Of a stretch of DNA of 64,000 nt, positions 47,551 to 57,944 are shown piece by piece. The position numbers and the translations under genes were made by a program. Origin of the DNA: Victivallales bacterium (GTDB taxonomy: Bacteria > Verrucomicrobiota > Lentisphaeria > Victivallales > UBA1829); the NCBI GenBank assembly GCA_045639325.1, contig JAZUCU010000002.1:21287-85286 (forward strand). The letters are read 5' to 3'. The stretch's first letter is position 1. Every line of letters starts with the position of its first letter. Under the pieces are notes generated by a model. It saw only the letters and a program-made list of their open reading frames with translations. It ran no database searches and had not been told where the DNA came from.

Positions 47551-49756
47551 ACGGGGCGGCATCCTTTTCGCCGTATCTTGCAGCACGCAAATCCCATAAT
47601 TCGCCCGCGCAATCCCGAACAGACGGAATGGAAAAGACTTTATCCGAACGCAGACTGGTCAACATGCCGTCTTTCTCCAATTGAAACACCATACCACGGG
47701 CGTCAGTAAGTTTTCCCTTTGCCGGAATACGTGCACGGGTCGCAAGCAGAACGGGGCGGCCGTAACGGTATAATTCCGCAGGAAGACAGGACATTTCAGC
47801 CAGAGACTGCAATTCTTTTTTCTCCAATTCCAACCAGAGCTGAACCTTTTCGATACCATATTCTTTGAGCAGACGGACAGCCAGAGAATTGCAAACCGGC
47901 AGCGGCATACATGTTTTCAGATGCAAGTCCGGGAAATCTTTCAGCATAGTCAAATGGTGAAGTGAGGTAATGCGAACCGTCTTACCGCCTTTTTTCACAA
48001 ACTCTGCAATTGCCTGTTTGACATTCTGCAATTCCGTTTCCGGAATAAAGAACGGCAACAGCAATTCTTCATGGGGAGATGGTGCATCTTTGATTTCGCG
48101 GATGATTTTCCAATCATTTCCAGGCGGATGGGGATGTTTACGCGGGAGAATCACCGCATGTTCCGCCACCGCTTTTTTGCCGGCCACCGGAATTTCTCGG
48201 ATTGCCTGCTGATACTCTTCCAAATGCTTCCGGTACAACGCGGAAGATGAAAGATCGTTCGTATAATTGGCAAGCAAAAACTCCTTGAATTCCAAACGGA
48301 TCGATTTCAACACACTGGCAGGCAGGAACAAGTTGCCAGTCACGTCAGCCGTCACGGAAGAGACAGACAGGGTATCATAATTGGCAGTCTTGAATTCTTC
48401 GCACAAACGGTCAGAAGTCAGCGGATGACGTGCCGCCTCCCCCAGTTCCAAATCTTTTTTCCAGCTCAATGTACCGCATTGAATACCAATATGATTCCGA
48501 TCAATCTCAATCTGCAGCGCAAGACGTTCTTTCTGCGGTGTCAAAGCGGCAAGCCGTTTACTGTAATCCAGTTCACTTTCGCCGGTTTTATACACCAAAG
48601 AACCGGGCATCACCGCTTTATCTGTATGAATAAATACCGTTTCACCGGGGCGAACGGTGCGGACACTTTCATTGCCGCGCGACATTCTGGTAACGGAAAT
48701 GGCAGGGCCCTCATCGCCGCTGCGGGGCTGAACCCGGATCAAATCGCCGAGATGGATCCGTTTTGATGCAGAAAAAGTAAACCCGCCGCTACTGACATTC
48801 GTCACTTTACCGGAAAGAAGTCCGGATGCGCCAAGGGCATCGAACTTGATCAAATCCCGTGCGGATTCGGGCGTATAGAAACCACCGGACCATTTTCTGC
48901 CGCAGCTTTTTGCCAATTCTTCCTTAGCTTCCGGCAGGATTGCACGGAATGCTTCATCGGATACAGCGGCAGCATCCAGAGCCATACGATACGCCCGGAC
49001 GGTGTGAGTAACATAGTCGTTTCTGCGTAATCTGCCTTCAATCTTGAGGGAAGAAACTCCGCTTTTGATGATACGGGGCAGCGCATCCAACATACAAAGA
49101 TCCTGTGCGGAAAGGAAAAATCCGTTTCCTTCATCGGCATGATACCGTCTGCGGCAGGGCTGTTTGCATTTGCCGCGATTTCCGCTCCATCCGCCAAGCC
49201 AGCTGGAAAGCAGACAGGTCCCGGAAATACAGCAGCACAACGCACCGTGAATAAACATTTCCGTTTCCACTCCGGGCGGACAATGTTTCATCATCCGTTC
49301 CAGTTCGACCAATGTGGCCTGACGTTCCAGAATCACCCGTTTGATATCATGCTGTGCCGCAAATTCAAGCCCGGCGGAGTTATGAAGTCCCATCTGTGTG
49401 GATGCGTGAATGGTAAGTCCGGGGAAGAATTTTTTTGCAGCATAAAGCACACCGGCATCCTGCACGATCAAGGCATCGGGAGCCAGTTCTTCCAACAACG
49501 CCAGTGTCTCGCCGAGAGCAGGCAGTTCCGATTCTTTAATCAGGGTATTAAGAGTCACATAAACTTTTTTGCCGTTTTTGTGAGCATAAGCAATGATCTT
49601 ATCCATTTCCTCATCGGAAAAATTTTCCGTTCTTTCGCGGGCGTTGAATTGTTTCAATCCGCAATAAATAGCATCGGCACCCGCATCAAAGGCGGCAAGA
49701 GCGCAGGAAGGATTCCCTGCTGGAGCAAGAAGTTCAGGTAATTTTTTCAACATCAT
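47525..49756 (-). CDS. rlhA: U32 family protein, RlhA-like (23S rRNA hydroxylation)
   Basis: ELLAPAG, HASTQ, HGALCCCISGTC, NRGKCKQPCR, SLKIEGR, long C-terminal domain. Confidence 0.75.
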   Translation of the reverse strand: MMLKKLPELLAPAGNPSCALAAFDAGADAIYCGLKQFNARERTENFSDEEMDKIIAYAHKNGKKVYVTLNTLIKESELPALGETLALLEELAPDALIVQDAGVLYAAKKFFPGLTIHASTQMGLHNSAGLEFAAQHDIKRVILERQATLVELERMMKHCPPGVETEMFIHGALCCCISGTCLLSSWLGGWSGNRGKCKQPCRRRYHADEGNGFFLSAQDLCMLDALPRIIKSGVSSLKIEGRLRRNDYVTHTVRAYRMALDAAAVSDEAFRAILPEAKEELAKSCGRKWSGGFYTPESARDLIKFDALGASGLLSGKVTNVSSGGFTFSASKRIHLGDLIRVQPRSGDEGPAISVTRMSRGNESVRTVRPGETVFIHTDKAVMPGSLVYKTGESELDYSKRLAALTPQKERLALQIEIDRNHIGIQCGTLSWKKDLELGEAARHPLTSDRLCEEFKTANYDTLSVSSVTADVTGNLFLPASVLKSIRLEFKEFLLANYTNDLSSSALYRKHLEEYQQAIREIPVAGKKAVAEHAVILPRKHPHPPGNDWKIIREIKDAPSPHEELLLPFFIPETELQNVKQAIAEFVKKGGKTVRITSLHHLTMLKDFPDLHLKTCMPLPVCNSLAVRLLKEYGIEKVQLWLELEKKELQSLAEMSCLPAELYRYGRPVLLATRARIPAKGKLTDARGMVFQLEKDGMLTSLRSDKVFSIPSVRDCAGELWDLRAARYGEKDAAPFNFEYELR

Positions 49757-51096
49757 GATACCTTATTTTTATCCATGTAGGATGGTAATTCCGACAACGG
49801 CAGGTTCTTCGGCGAACATTCCGCATCTTTCCGGATCTCACCGGCAAGTTTACGCACAAAATCCAGGGAATCTGAATTGTATCCGCTGTGACCGTTCCGA
49901 TTGAGTTTGTAATATAATCCAATCGGCGTCAATGTATCCGGAGGAACGGCAATCTGACACTGTTCCTCTGTTTTGCTGTCGGAAAACGTCCGGGTCGCAA
50001 CATTGATTGTATACAAATCAAAAAGCACAGCCCGTGTGGTTCGGATCGGGATTTCCAGTCCTTCGGAAAGTTGAGAGGCAGTAAGACCACCCTGCCCTGT
50101 TTTGAACGCATGTGCCAGTTCAATCATAATGCGCAAAGCACAAAGATGACGGTATTCCGTGCTTTCATCTGCCGTCTCCCCTGCGGATAATTCATAATCA
50201 TGCACGTTCTGCACGGCAAACGCACTCTGGGCACCGAACAGGATCAGAGTCCAACTGATCTGCAGCCACAGGAGGAAGAACGGGACGGCAGCAAAACTCC
50301 CGTAAATAGCATTGTATCCGGTCAAAAATCTCTGAGCATAGATGTAACCGAACTGCAAGATCGTATAGAACAACCCGGTAACAGCGCCGGAAATGACACC
50401 TGCGCGAATCGAAACTTTCGTATTGGGAATAAAGACATAAAGAAATGCAAACGCACCCCAGGTAAGAACAAATGGCACGGATTTCGCAATAATAACCATA
50501 AAATGATTCCAAATGCTGTCACCGTAAGGCAGAGAACTACCCCAGGACTGAAGCCGGGTAACAAAAAATGCCGTACTGGTTGCAACAATCAGAAGAAGCA
50601 GAGGACATAACAGCAGCAAAGTCGAATAATCGCTGATTTTGCGCATCATGGAACGTCCCTGTTTCACCCCCCAGATCTCATTGAAAGAGGCTTCGATACT
50701 GGTCAACAATTTCAGTGCAGACCACATCAAAACAATAATCCCGACCCCGGCAACCAATCCGCCGCTGGCCTTCGTCAAAGCATTGTCTGAAAATTGAATG
50801 ATCCATTCCGTGACCTGACGCTGTCCCGCCATGCTTGCGAGTAATTTGGCTTTCAGGATCTCATCATAACCGTACCCCTTGGCAATCCCGAACAACATCC
50901 CGGCGACGGGTACGATGGACAGCAGAGTGAAAAATGTCAATGCGGAAGCATGGAGCGTACATTTGTTTTTAACAAAATAACGCAATGTCAGCAGAATCAC
51001 CCGGCAGATCTGTAAAGGAAAAGCCTGACGTTTCGGTAATTTGGAAATCTGAAACGTCCAGATTCGATGGGTCAAAAAATAATGCAGTTTTTTCAT
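49753..51096 (-). CDS. YihY/BrkB family membrane protein with a C-terminal HTH-like extension
   Basis: ASALTFFTLLSIVP, SFNEIWG, YNAIYGSFAAVP. Confidence 0.88.
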   Translation of the reverse strand: MKKLHYFLTHRIWTFQISKLPKRQAFPLQICRVILLTLRYFVKNKCTLHASALTFFTLLSIVPVAGMLFGIAKGYGYDEILKAKLLASMAGQRQVTEWIIQFSDNALTKASGGLVAGVGIIVLMWSALKLLTSIEASFNEIWGVKQGRSMMRKISDYSTLLLLCPLLLLIVATSTAFFVTRLQSWGSSLPYGDSIWNHFMVIIAKSVPFVLTWGAFAFLYVFIPNTKVSIRAGVISGAVTGLFYTILQFGYIYAQRFLTGYNAIYGSFAAVPFFLLWLQISWTLILFGAQSAFAVQNVHDYELSAGETADESTEYRHLCALRIMIELAHAFKTGQGGLTASQLSEGLEIPIRTTRAVLFDLYTINVATRTFSDSKTEEQCQIAVPPDTLTPIGLYYKLNRNGHSGYNSDSLDFVRKLAGEIRKDAECSPKNLPLSELPSYMDKNKVS

Positions 51097-51247
51097 TACA
51101 CTGTTTCTCCTTTATTCGCCTGATTTTCTTGCGTAATGTAATACCTTTTTCCCATTAAGTCAAATTGCGGATGATCTTTTTTAAAGAAATAAAGGGAGGA
51201 TACGCAATTTTTTGCAATATCCTCCGCTGTATGTGGTCTGAAAACAA

Positions 51248-52294
51248 TCAGCCTTTTCTCAAGAATTCAGCTGATTTCAGAATCAAATCTTTGGTTTCCT
51301 GCCAGCCGAGGCACGGGTCAGTTACAGAAAGTCCGGGGATCATCTGCCCTTTCTTGGCAATGGGCTGATTACCGTTCTTGATGTAACTTTCCAGCATAAC
51401 ACCGCGGATTGCAGTTTCACCATTCTTGAACTGACACAGAACATCCATCATGATTTCACCCTGTTTCGCAGGATTGCGTTTGGAGTTGGCGTGACTGCAG
51501 TCGATCACGATTGCAGGATTCACTTTCTCACGACGCATCAGTTCACGGGCAAAAGCAATGTGTTCGGACTGATAGTTCGGGGAATTCATGCCGCCGCGCA
51601 AAACAAGGTGGCAGTCCGGATTCCCGCGCGTCTGAAACACACCGGTACGACCGTCATCAATCACACCCAGGAAGGAGTGACTGGCGGAAGCCGTGCGGAT
51701 GGCATCCACCGCAACCGGAATCGATCCGTCCGTAGAGTTTTTGAAACCAACCGGCATGGAAAGACCGCTGGCGAGCTGACGGTGTGTCTGAGATTCGGAC
51801 GTTCTTGCACCGATAGATGCCCAGGAAATCAAATCTGCGATGTACTGGGGAATAATCGGTTCCAGAACTTCAGTCGCAACCGGCAGAGAAAGATTTGCCA
51901 GTTCCAGCAACAGTTTACGGGACAGACGCAAACCTTTTTCAATACGGAAAGAGGTATCCAGGTCGGGGTCGTAAACCATGCCCTTCCAACCAATGGTTGT
52001 ACGGGGTTTTTCAAAATAAGCACGCATCACCGGGAAGAAGACGTCAGAAACTTCATCCCTGATCGTGCGGAACAACGTAGCGTACTCAATCGCCGCAGGG
52101 ACACTGTCAATGGAACAGGGGCCGCAGAGCAACAGGATACGCTTATCTTTGTGATGGAGGATATTGCGCACCGTTTCGCGGGACTTCCAGACAAACTCTG
52201 AAATTTCAGGCGTTACCGGCAATTCAGCACGAATATCAAACGGTATCGGCAACGGAAATTCGTGCACAATATTTACGTTATGAATCTCTTTCAT
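51248..52294 (-). CDS. aroF: Class I-alpha DAHP synthase
   Basis: GPCSID, RAYFEKPRTTIGWKG, IGARTSESQTHR, GFKN, DCSHANS, SVTDPC. Confidence 0.93.
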   Translation of the reverse strand: MKEIHNVNIVHEFPLPIPFDIRAELPVTPEISEFVWKSRETVRNILHHKDKRILLLCGPCSIDSVPAAIEYATLFRTIRDEVSDVFFPVMRAYFEKPRTTIGWKGMVYDPDLDTSFRIEKGLRLSRKLLLELANLSLPVATEVLEPIIPQYIADLISWASIGARTSESQTHRQLASGLSMPVGFKNSTDGSIPVAVDAIRTASASHSFLGVIDDGRTGVFQTRGNPDCHLVLRGGMNSPNYQSEHIAFARELMRREKVNPAIVIDCSHANSKRNPAKQGEIMMDVLCQFKNGETAIRGVMLESYIKNGNQPIAKKGQMIPGLSVTDPCLGWQETKDLILKSAEFLRKG

Positions 52295-53538
52295 TGGAAG
52301 CAACTCTCAATGGCATCCAGTTTCACTTCTTTTTGACTGCCGTCCTTCATATCTTTCAACTGGCCGATGCCGCTGTCCAGTTCGTTGTCCCCGAGGATCA
52401 AAACATATTCCGCTTTGATACGGTCCGCAGTACGCATCTGGGATTTCATACTCTTTGCTTCGTATTCCAGGAAGCAGGAGATTCCCTGATGACGCAGTTT
52501 CGCCGCCAGAACTTCCTGATATGCCATGGCACGTTCGCCAAGTGAAAGCAGGAACACTTTCGGTGTGACAACCGGCGGAACCGGTGCTTTCAGTGCATCA
52601 CGGACAATCAAAAGACGTTCCATACCGGCAGCAAAGCCAACACCCTGAATCGGTTTGGTTGAGCCAGGTGTCAACAGCTGATATCTGCCGCCGCCTGCGA
52701 TCGCGTTCTGACCGCCCAATGCGGGGTGAGTCAGTTCAAAGACCGTGTGCACATAGTAGTCCAAACCGCGAACCAGTCTGGGTTCGACACGGAACGGAAC
52801 ATTCTGCGCAGTCAGAATATCGCAAACACGGTTGAAGTAATCTCTGGAATCCTGACCGAAGAGAGATGCGGCATCGGGTGCGGCATCAATGAACTTCTGG
52901 CAGCATTCCTGTTTGCAGTCAAGAATACGCCATACGTTTCTCTGGAGACGGTTGCGGCAATCTTCGCACATTTCATCAATGTGGGGAGCAAAATGTTCAC
53001 GCAAAGCATTTTCCGCATCCTTGCGGTCTTCGGGAACGCCGCGGGTATTCAGCATCAGATTGGAACCGGAAATGCCAGCTTCTTCGAGGAAGTGAAGCAG
53101 CATGGCAATACATTCCGCATCCAGACCGGGAGAAACTTTACCTGCATTTTCAACACCAACCTGATGGAATTGTCTGCGGCGTCCGGCGGCCGGACGTTCC
53201 CCGCGGAACATGGGGCCCATATAAAATACACGTGTTTCCACACCATTCATTGCTTCTGTGCCGGAAAGTGCACGCATAACGCCTGCAGTCCCTTCCGGGC
53301 GGAGCGTCAGAGAACGTCCACCGCGGTCTTCAAAAGTATACATTTCTTTCTGAACGACTTCGGTTTCATTCCCCAAACCGCGCTGAAAGACTTCTGTAAA
53401 CTCAAAGATCGGGGTGCGGATCTCACCGAATCCATAAAGAGAAAACACTTTACGGGCTGCCTGCTCAAGAAAGAGCCAGGAGTTGATTTCTTCCGGGAAG
53501 ATATCGCCGGTTCCCGGAGGCGGCGCATTTTTTGCCAT
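52291..53538 (-). CDS. hisS: Histidyl-tRNA synthetase
   Basis: TPIFE, LRPEGTA, FRGERP..GRRRQFHQ, RGLDYY, GFAAGMER. Confidence 0.97.
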   Translation of the reverse strand: MAKNAPPPGTGDIFPEEINSWLFLEQAARKVFSLYGFGEIRTPIFEFTEVFQRGLGNETEVVQKEMYTFEDRGGRSLTLRPEGTAGVMRALSGTEAMNGVETRVFYMGPMFRGERPAAGRRRQFHQVGVENAGKVSPGLDAECIAMLLHFLEEAGISGSNLMLNTRGVPEDRKDAENALREHFAPHIDEMCEDCRNRLQRNVWRILDCKQECCQKFIDAAPDAASLFGQDSRDYFNRVCDILTAQNVPFRVEPRLVRGLDYYVHTVFELTHPALGGQNAIAGGGRYQLLTPGSTKPIQGVGFAAGMERLLIVRDALKAPVPPVVTPKVFLLSLGERAMAYQEVLAAKLRHQGISCFLEYEAKSMKSQMRTADRIKAEYVLILGDNELDSGIGQLKDMKDGSQKEVKLDAIESCFQ

Positions 53539-53561
53539 GATTCTGTTACCTTCTTAATCTT

Positions 53562-53849
53562 TTATTTTACAAGTTGCGCAACACGGTCTTTCAACTCACG
53601 ACCGGCACGGAACTTGACAATTTTACGTTCAGGAATAGACACGGTTTCCTGGGGCCGTTTCGGGTTTCTGCCCTGACGGCTCTTCCGGGTCTGGATCTCA
53701 AACACCCCGAAATTTCTCAGTTCAATATCGCGGCCTTCTGCCAATTCATCCGCAATATAATCCAATGTCTTCTGCACAATTTCTGCAACTTTGTTCTGAA
53801 TCAAACCGGTTTCCCCGGCTATCCGTACTACAAGATCGCGCTTTGTCAT
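53562..53849 (-). CDS. HU/IHF family nucleoid protein
   Basis: MTKRDL, IELRNFGVF, GRNPK, VKFRAGRELK. Confidence 0.95.
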   Translation of the reverse strand: MTKRDLVVRIAGETGLIQNKVAEIVQKTLDYIADELAEGRDIELRNFGVFEIQTRKSRQGRNPKRPQETVSIPERKIVKFRAGRELKDRVAQLVK

Positions 53850-53870
53850 TATGATAATCCTCTTTTATGA

Positions 53871-55469
53871 TTATTTGACCGTATAGATCCAGCCTTTTGC
53901 ATTGTCCCAGGCGCGGGAAATGCTGAATGTAAGATCGCGGCGGGCTGTATTCATTGCAAGTTTCGCAAGAATACCGTCAAGTTCAAATTCCTTATCAGCA
54001 AGATCAAGTTTCTGTGCAAATTCAGAGACAGTACCGGCGAAAGCGCCGAGTTTGGAAAGCTTGTCTTCCAGATCCGTCAACAGCTTGATCACATCTTTAC
54101 TTGCCAGTTTGTATGCCTGAACGCCCGGCTGATGGAATGCATTGATATGAATGAATTCCGCATAAGCGGCAACCGCACGTTCATACAGCGCAATCAACAT
54201 ACCCAGATTGAATTCATCCACCTTTTCCAAACGCATTTCAATCACGTTACGGTTCTTGTTGCGCAATGCGTTGGAGAGACCGATCATGAAGCCGTGCAGG
54301 TAGTCACCCATGGCAATACCCGGAGCGATCGGAGCTTTTGCCGCATCTTCGAGAACTTCGATAAAGGTCACAAAGAAGTCGTCGCGACCATCATTGAGCT
54401 GCTGAATGAATGCATGAGCGTCTGTACCGCCTTTGTTACCGAACACGTTCAAGCCCTGATTGACAACGTTGCCATCCAGGTCAAGTTCTTTACCGAGACT
54501 TTCCATAACCAGCTGCTGGAGGTAACGGGACATGAGGATCAGGCGGTCGGAATAGGGAACGATGACCATATTGCGATCACCTTTGCCGGCACCAGCCATG
54601 TACCACATAGCAGAAAGCATATATGCCGGATTGTTTGTGAAATCTGCGGTACGGGTCAATTCATCCATGTGACATGCACCGCTGAGGAACTTTTTGAAAT
54701 CCACACCGGCAAGAGCGGCGGGGAGATGTCCGACAACACTGGTCACGCTGGTACGGCCGCCGATGGAGTCAGCCATATCAAAAACTTTGAGCCAGTTATT
54801 TTTCTTTGCGAACATATCGAGTTCAGAGCCCTGCATGGTGATTGCGCAGGCATGTTTTGCAAAATCAACACCGGCTTCGGCATATTTTTCCATGCAGAAA
54901 ATCATGTTATTCTTGGTTTCCTGTGTGCCGCCGGACTTGGAGATGTTGACGACCAATGTGGTTGCAGGATCGCAAACTTCAAACACGTCCATACCACCTG
55001 CTGTATCGGTGTTGTCGAGGAAGTAAATCTTCAGATAACCATTGCGTTTGCAGTCGCAAAGTTCATTCCAGTAAGGACCATTGATTGCCATCTGAACGAG
55101 CTGGGGACCGAGAGCGGAACCGCCGATACCGTTGATGATAGCACTCTGGAATTTTTCACCTTTGGAACCTTTGATGGCGCCGGAACGGATTGCTTCCACA
55201 AACTCTTCAACATCAGCAAATTCCTGTCCGCCGGTATAAGCGGAACGATCGGTAAAGTGAGTGACCTTACGATTTTCATCCGGGTTCTTGATTTCGCCCA
55301 ATTCGATTTTCTGCATTTCTGCATGTACGGCGGGAATTCTGGATTCGATTGCATTGAGATCGGTTTCCTGGAAATTCATTCCTGCGAAATTGACCTGAAA
55401 ACCGGTTGTACCGTCAACATAAGTATACTTGTGACAGCGTTCGATCCATGCTTGCTGATTCAGAGACAT
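53871..55469 (-). CDS. pgi: Glucose-6-phosphate isomerase
   Basis: GIGGSALGP, SKSGGTQET, GGRTS, QQLVMESLGK, NAFHQPGVQAYK. Confidence 0.95.
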   Translation of the reverse strand: MSLNQQAWIERCHKYTYVDGTTGFQVNFAGMNFQETDLNAIESRIPAVHAEMQKIELGEIKNPDENRKVTHFTDRSAYTGGQEFADVEEFVEAIRSGAIKGSKGEKFQSAIINGIGGSALGPQLVQMAINGPYWNELCDCKRNGYLKIYFLDNTDTAGGMDVFEVCDPATTLVVNISKSGGTQETKNNMIFCMEKYAEAGVDFAKHACAITMQGSELDMFAKKNNWLKVFDMADSIGGRTSVTSVVGHLPAALAGVDFKKFLSGACHMDELTRTADFTNNPAYMLSAMWYMAGAGKGDRNMVIVPYSDRLILMSRYLQQLVMESLGKELDLDGNVVNQGLNVFGNKGGTDAHAFIQQLNDGRDDFFVTFIEVLEDAAKAPIAPGIAMGDYLHGFMIGLSNALRNKNRNVIEMRLEKVDEFNLGMLIALYERAVAAYAEFIHINAFHQPGVQAYKLASKDVIKLLTDLEDKLSKLGAFAGTVSEFAQKLDLADKEFELDGILAKLAMNTARRDLTFSISRAWDNAKGWIYTVK

Positions 55470-55592
55470 AATGTCTTTACCTTTCGTTTTATAAAAAATA
55501 AGTGATAATACAACAATAACTTTGTTAATATAGCATAAAAAAGAAATTTTTCAAAGTCTTTTTCTGAAATAATAGAAAAACAGCCCGTTTCT

Positions 55593-55674
55593 ACTTGAAA
55601 ATGCTTTTTATGATGATATATTGTAAATAATATTTATGGATAAAAAAATGAAAAAGGAATTTAACATGTACTAC
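55593..55674 (+). promoter_or_regulatory. Sigma70-like promoter plus leader, copy B of the shared 82-bp element
   Basis: TTGAAA (55595-600)-16 nt-TATATT (55617-22), then AAGGAA and ATG 55666. Confidence 0.65.
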
Positions 55675-57792
55675 TATGTTTCAAGCGGTGTAATCAGCAC
55701 AGGTATAACATTGAATAGAGATTCAATGTCCATCGTCTCCGGCGGGACAGCAAACAGCACGAAAATCAATATAGGCGGACACATGCACATCTCCTCCGGC
55801 GGGACAGCAAACAGCACGACCATCAATGGCGACGGCAACATGTACATCTCCTCCGGCGGGACAGCGAACAGCACGATCATCAATTACTACGGCGACATGC
55901 ACATCTCCTCCGGCGGGACGGCAAACAGCACGACCATCAATAGAGGCGGATACATGGACATCGACTCCGGCGGTGTGGCGAACAGCACGACCATCAATTA
56001 CGACGGCTACATGAACATCTCCTCCGGCGGGGTGGCAAATAGTACGACGATCAATTCCAGCGGCTTCATGGACATCTTCTCCGGCGGGACGGCGAACAGC
56101 ACGGCCATCAATTCCGGCTACATGTACATCTCCTCCGGCGGGGTGGCAAATAGTACGACGATCAATTCCAGCGGCTTCATGTTCATCTACTCCGGCGGGG
56201 TGGCAAACAGCACGACCATCAATTCCGGCGGTTGGATGTACATCGACTCCGGCAGTGTGGCAAACAGCACGATCATCAATTCCGGCGGTGACATGAACAT
56301 CTCCTCTGGCGGGGGGGCAAACAGCACGACGATCTATTCCGATGGCTACATGTACATTTGGTCCGGCGGGGTGGCGAACAATACGACGATCAATTCCAGA
56401 GGCTCCATGTACATCGGCCCCGGCGGTACACATCGCGGCAGTTTACAGATCAAATCCGGTGCAGTTGTCTCTGCTTATTCCGGCGGAATCATCGACTTTA
56501 CCGTTGCAGACCGGACAAGTGCCGATGATTATTTGATCAATGATCTTTCTTTGATCAAAGGTATACCGACTTATACCATCACTGTTTCGGAAGATCAGGA
56601 AGCAGGGACTTACAAATTGGCACAAGGTGCATCTGCATTGAATGGAACTATTTCCATTTGCACTGAAGATACCTGTTTCGGTTCATTGACGGTCAACGGT
56701 GATGTTTTGACGGTCAATGGTATAACTTATGATCTGAACAATGTGGATGGTGATTTGACGTTGACAATAAATGATCAAAACAATATTGTATCTCAACCAC
56801 AATACGCTGCAGGTAACATTGGTGGTATCGGTGGAATTATTGAGATAACAAGTTCCGGTTCCGGATATCTTCATAACCGATTCGTAAAAATAGAAATCGC
56901 CGGAACTATTGATCCGGAATCCTGGGAACTGGCAGGTGCCGGGGACTTCAATAAGTCCGGAACCGATGGTTTGCTTTGGATTGAAAAGAATACCGGATAT
57001 GTTTATGTGCAGAACGATTTGACAAACTTTAATGAAGTCAATAACAAGTCCAACTGTCTCGGTGTACTCGGTGATGGATACAGTATTCTCGGCACCGGCG
57101 ACTTTACCGGAACGGGCATTGACGGCGTAATCATGCAAGGCCCGGCATTCGGTGATGCTTCCGTCTCTCTCAACTACGGATTGCCCATCTGGGGACGGGA
57201 AGCCGATGGAACCACATTCGCCGGATGGCTGGGCGCTCTCGTCAACACCTGGCAGCCCGGCGATGCCTTGAAAGGTGATACAGCTGACCTTGCCGACATC
57301 AATGCAAAAAATTACATGTATGAAGTCATCTCGGTCGGTGACTACAATGGCGACGGAGTAGATGATGTGATGTTGCAGAACATCATGCCGAAGACGGTCG
57401 ATGGTGTTACAATCACAGGTTCCGGTGACGTCTTCACCTTCCTGACGGGTGACATGGATGCAGTCAAGGCGGGTGCAAGTCCGACCGTTGCCTACGCCGG
57501 TTGCGCTACCGACGGATGGGAAATCATGGGATCCGGCGACTTTGACGGTGACGGCATTGATGATGTCCTGTTGTCCGATGGTACCGGTGTTGCCGGTTGG
57601 CAGATGGCGAATGGCCAACGCTTTGAAAATCAATGGTTCGGCAATCTTGGAGCAACCGAAGAAATTGTCGGAATCACGGATTTGAACAATGACGGCACGG
57701 ATGACATTCTTATCCTGAACGCCGCGACGGACACATATTCCGGCTGGTTGGTGAAGGATGGCGCAATCACCGGATCCCTTGCCCTTGCATAA
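55636..57792 (+). CDS. AIDA-like beta-helix repeat protein with C-terminal FG-GAP/VCBS-like Ca-binding repeats
   Basis: 12 turns of [xIxSGG(T/V)ANSTTINxxGxM], then GDFNKSG, GDFTGTG, GDYNGDG, GDFDGDG, DLNNDG. Probable start 55666. No signal peptide. Confidence 0.85.
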   Translation: MDKKMKKEFNMYYYVSSGVISTGITLNRDSMSIVSGGTANSTKINIGGHMHISSGGTANSTTINGDGNMYISSGGTANSTIINYYGDMHISSGGTANSTTINRGGYMDIDSGGVANSTTINYDGYMNISSGGVANSTTINSSGFMDIFSGGTANSTAINSGYMYISSGGVANSTTINSSGFMFIYSGGVANSTTINSGGWMYIDSGSVANSTIINSGGDMNISSGGGANSTTIYSDGYMYIWSGGVANNTTINSRGSMYIGPGGTHRGSLQIKSGAVVSAYSGGIIDFTVADRTSADDYLINDLSLIKGIPTYTITVSEDQEAGTYKLAQGASALNGTISICTEDTCFGSLTVNGDVLTVNGITYDLNNVDGDLTLTINDQNNIVSQPQYAAGNIGGIGGIIEITSSGSGYLHNRFVKIEIAGTIDPESWELAGAGDFNKSGTDGLLWIEKNTGYVYVQNDLTNFNEVNNKSNCLGVLGDGYSILGTGDFTGTGIDGVIMQGPAFGDASVSLNYGLPIWGREADGTTFAGWLGALVNTWQPGDALKGDTADLADINAKNYMYEVISVGDYNGDGVDDVMLQNIMPKTVDGVTITGSGDVFTFLTGDMDAVKAGASPTVAYAGCATDGWEIMGSGDFDGDGIDDVLLSDGTGVAGWQMANGQRFENQWFGNLGATEEIVGITDLNNDGTDDILILNAATDTYSGWLVKDGAITGSLALA

Positions 57793-57944
57793 GAGATTTT
57801 TTCTGTAATCGCACAAGGTTATCCGCTTTGGATGACTTTGTGCGAGAAAAAAACAGAAAAAGTATATATCCGGGGTTGAATTTTTTAAGAAATACGATAA
57901 ATTACCATATTGTATATATCCTACTAAAAAATTAACCGGAGCAG

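Noticed and set aside
55726-56430. Diversity-generating retroelement as the cause of the NNC variable codons
   Set aside because: No reverse transcriptase or template repeat in the window. Adenines in scaffold codons (aac agc acg, atc aat, atg) are almost invariant and tgg variants cannot arise from AAC. Only a genome-wide RT/TR search would exclude it fully.
57797-57852. Hairpin after the right adhesin as a standard terminator
   Set aside because: The stem is real (tcgcacaaggttatcc/ggatgactttgtgcga), but the T run precedes it and the A run follows, the wrong polarity for the + strand gene. Function is unclear.
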